A DNA stretch of 20,000 nucleotides from an uncultured virus (IMG/VR IMGVR_UViG_2904584206_000001) (Duplodnaviria > Heunggongvirae > Uroviricota > Caudoviricetes): the IMG/VR virus record IMGVR_UViG_2904584206_000001. The stretch is one strand, 5' to 3'. Positions 15,698-20,000 of this stretch are shown here, piece after piece; within the stretch, counting starts at the first letter, position 1; each line of letters begins with the position of its first letter. Made by a program: the position numbers and the translations under genes. Below the pieces are notes generated by a model. It searched no databases and had not been told where the DNA came from. It saw nothing but the letters and a program-made list of their open reading frames with translations.

Positions 15698-17530
15698 ATG
15701 AATCAAGTCACCCAAGCGCAGTTCGGGATGATCCCGCTGCAATTTATCGAGACCGATCCCAACCAGCCGCGACGGACATTTGATGAAAACGCCCTGCAGG
15801 AACTGGCAGATAGCATTAAGGTCAGCGGCGTTATCCAGCCCATCCTGTTGCGCACCATTGAAGATAGCGATACGCGCCTGCAGCTGGTCGCAGGCGAGCG
15901 CCGATATCGAGCATCCCAGATCGCCGGCCTGACCGAGATCCCCGGCATCGTGCGACAGTTGACCGATGCCGAGGTGGCCATTATCCAGCTGGTCGAGAAT
16001 CACCAGCGCGCCGGCGTGCCACCGCTCGAAGAGGCCGAGGCTATGGCCCGCGCCATGCGCGACCACGGCCTAAAGATTGACGATATTTGCACCGAGCTGG
16101 GCGTTAAGCGCCGCTGGGCGTATTCACGCCTGCAGCTGCTTGACCTCTGCGCCGAGGCACGTATCGGCTTAAACGACGGTCGGCTTGCACCATCGACCGC
16201 ATTGCTCATCGCCCGCATTCCAGTACCCAGCCTCCAAGAGCGAGCTGCAGGCGAAGTTCTGACAAACAATGGAGCAGGCTCCCCCATGTCCTACCGGCAG
16301 GCTAAGACTTGGATCGAGCAACGCTACACCCTTGACATCAATCGAGCTGTATTCAGCCTGGTGGATGCGAAGCTCTGCAAGGCAGCAGGATCATGCGCAG
16401 AATGCCCGAAGCGTACCGCAAACGATCCCGATAAGTTCCCCGACATCACTGCAGACGTCTGCACTGATCCCGACTGCTTTGAAATGAAGACCGAGGCGCA
16501 CAATACGGCTGAAATCGATAAAGCCGCAAAGAAGAAAATCCGCTTCTACGAATCCTGGGAGCAATGCAAGACGGAGCGCAACGGTGATCTGAGCACGGAC
16601 TTCGTCCTGGCGCGTACCTTCGACCGGCTTATCAACGCTGATCACCAGAACATGCCTGTCGATGATTTGCTCGGCACCGACCGAATGCCCAAGCCTATTG
16701 GAATATTCAAGAATCTATCTGGACACATCACGAACATCTACTCGAAGAGCGATATCCAGTGCGCGCTCGAGAAGACAGGCTTGGCCAGGACCGAAGCAGA
16801 AGAAGAGGAATTCGATAAGCAGGAAGAGCAACAGCGCATCGAACTGGCGAAGGAGAAGAAAGCGACGGAACAGGAAGACCCCGCCGCCGTTCTGCGCAAC
16901 CGTCTTGTTGAGATCAACTGGAAGATCGCCAAGGCCTATAACGTTTTCCATGAAGATCTCCTGGAGGAAATCAAGGATCTCGTCGATCAGCAGACCTTAC
17001 TGCCAATCTACCGGACTCTGGCTGTCTTCTCAGCAGGACAAGCAGCGCGCTCCGAACAACTCAGTTTTTCGCAGAAAGTGGATGAGTCCTATAACGTCGA
17101 TTTTATGGAGGCAGCCGCCGTCGAGGAGTTGGTAGAGCACGCCTCCGATGAGGATGTATGCCGCTTGCACCTCGACGCGGTACTCAGCAACATTCCGAGT
17201 GTCTACGGTGGCGCCATCGATGGTGGCCTCATCAAGTTCGAGGACGAATGGGAAGAATGGAATTATCAGCACTATCAGACCCTCATCAAGCTCGGAAACA
17301 TCTGCGGCATCGACATCGATCTGCTACGAGACAAGCACCTCGCCGAGCCACTGCAAGAGCTTGCCGAGGCAATGACGCCTACCAAGAAAGAGCCGACTGA
17401 AGAGCCCGCCGAGACACCCAAGCCCAAGGCCGCGAAGAATCAGCCTGCTCGACCCAAGAAGACTGCGCCAACCCCGGATGCTGATCCGAAAGCTGCCTGG
17501 CCCTTCCCGAAGTCGAAGGACGGATCGTGA
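15698..17530 (+). CDS. ParB/Spo0J-family protein with a Cys-rich and an acidic C-terminal extension
   Basis: 'DPNQPRRTFD...GVIQPILLR...VAGERRYRA...VEN' ParB CTPase motifs, HTH, 'CAECPKRT...CTDPDCF'; GGAGA SD. Confidence 0.88.
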   Translation: MNQVTQAQFGMIPLQFIETDPNQPRRTFDENALQELADSIKVSGVIQPILLRTIEDSDTRLQLVAGERRYRASQIAGLTEIPGIVRQLTDAEVAIIQLVENHQRAGVPPLEEAEAMARAMRDHGLKIDDICTELGVKRRWAYSRLQLLDLCAEARIGLNDGRLAPSTALLIARIPVPSLQERAAGEVLTNNGAGSPMSYRQAKTWIEQRYTLDINRAVFSLVDAKLCKAAGSCAECPKRTANDPDKFPDITADVCTDPDCFEMKTEAHNTAEIDKAAKKKIRFYESWEQCKTERNGDLSTDFVLARTFDRLINADHQNMPVDDLLGTDRMPKPIGIFKNLSGHITNIYSKSDIQCALEKTGLARTEAEEEEFDKQEEQQRIELAKEKKATEQEDPAAVLRNRLVEINWKIAKAYNVFHEDLLEEIKDLVDQQTLLPIYRTLAVFSAGQAARSEQLSFSQKVDESYNVDFMEAAAVEELVEHASDEDVCRLHLDAVLSNIPSVYGGAIDGGLIKFEDEWEEWNYQHYQTLIKLGNICGIDIDLLRDKHLAEPLQELAEAMTPTKKEPTEEPAETPKPKAAKNQPARPKKTAPTPDADPKAAWPFPKSKDGS

Positions 17531-17991
17531 GCGGCCATCTGCGCAGTCGGGCAAAGCGCGCAGCCCGCAAACACAAGCACCAGGTCGTCCGCGACCACGG
17601 CGGCCTGTCGATGGCACAGATGCCGTGGCGGATGCGCGCCACCTTTGGACCCGTCGAAGATATCCTGACGACGCTCGAGACTACTGGCGACATCGATGCG
17701 GACAAGGATGGCGCGGTCTATCGCGCTCCTAGCAGCCACATTTGGTACGACCTTGCCGGTGCCATCGAGGGCTTCGCCGAGTTCTACGAGGCGCACGCCC
17801 GCATCAGCGGCCGCGAGATGCCCACGAGCTCACTCCGCCAGTTGGCGAACAAATTTGCCTACGGCGTGATGATCTTCCAGTCGGATATTGATGCAGTCCG
17901 CCGCGACCTCGCGATCCTCAAAAAGGAGACGCTTCCCATGACGGAGCACTACACCACCACCATCATCCAGAGCATGACGGAGGATGTATGA
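17527..17991 (+). CDS. Hypothetical phage protein (154 aa)
   Basis: GTGA and ATGA overlaps within the operon. Confidence 0.75.
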   Translation: MSGHLRSRAKRAARKHKHQVVRDHGGLSMAQMPWRMRATFGPVEDILTTLETTGDIDADKDGAVYRAPSSHIWYDLAGAIEGFAEFYEAHARISGREMPTSSLRQLANKFAYGVMIFQSDIDAVRRDLAILKKETLPMTEHYTTTIIQSMTEDV

Positions 17992-18245
17992 ATAGCCCGA
18001 TCAAATTCTTTTTGGACATGCATGAACTGTGCATAGCGACAACACTCAGCGAGACTACGATACAGAAGCTCATCCGAGAGCAGCAGTTCCCCGCACCTCG
18101 CCATCTCGGCGGCCGACGCGTAGGCTGGTTGGTGAAGGAGGTCTTGGAGTGGGCAGAAAACCGTCCAGTATCAGACCTACCGCCACCACCCAACACGGGA
18201 GCTAGAAAGCCGAAGCCCAAGCAGAAAAAGCTGAAGGTGAAATGA
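17988..18245 (+). CDS. AlpA-family winged-HTH (excisionase/regulator)
   Basis: 'LSETTIQKLIREQQFPAPRHLGGRRVGWLVKEVLEW'. Confidence 0.9.
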   Translation: MNSPIKFFLDMHELCIATTLSETTIQKLIREQQFPAPRHLGGRRVGWLVKEVLEWAENRPVSDLPPPPNTGARKPKPKQKKLKVK

Positions 18246-18413
18246 TGAAGCGCACCAAAAACAAATACCCGAGTTCCCCATTTATGGGGACTGATATGCT
18301 TCAAGAAAACTCAAACATGCGGCCCCTGATCAGAATGCTTGCGTCTCAGGCTGTTAAGAAATGGCTGATCGGAAATCCACCAAATATCGAAACGTCAACA
18401 ACACACGATGGCA

Positions 18414-18442
<29 letters not shown>
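18242..18442 (+). CDS. Small hypothetical protein overlapping the recombinase start
   Basis: Amphipathic helix 'LIRMLASQAVKKWL'; overlaps the AlpA stop; start codon uncertain. Confidence 0.5.

Positions 18443-20000
<1,558 letters not shown>

Overview
The window is the right-hand part of an integrated lambdoid (HK97-fold, siphovirus-like) prophage. GC content and protein families suggest a Betaproteobacterial host (inference). On the - strand, in transcription order: cro, a CII-like regulator, a TOPRIM primase/SF3 helicase, a symmetric iteron-rich replication origin, a putative Q-type late regulator with a pR'/tR'-like promoter and terminator, an HNH nuclease, a probable cos site, terS, terL, portal, prohead protease, major capsid and head-tail joining genes. 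On the + strand: a cI repressor, then a pL early operon of small ORFs, an orphan ParB-like protein, an AlpA-like protein and a large serine recombinase. The recombinase C-terminus is the antisense of the 3' half of a tRNA-fMet gene, which marks the attachment site at the window edge. The most notable signals are: a ~250 bp inverted-repeat origin; identical recognition helices in CI and Cro with five matching operators and apparently leaderless mRNAs; a Cas2/VapD-like extra gene inserted antisense between cro and cII behind a pRE-like promoter; and an integrase that overlaps the tRNA and its downstream hairpin.
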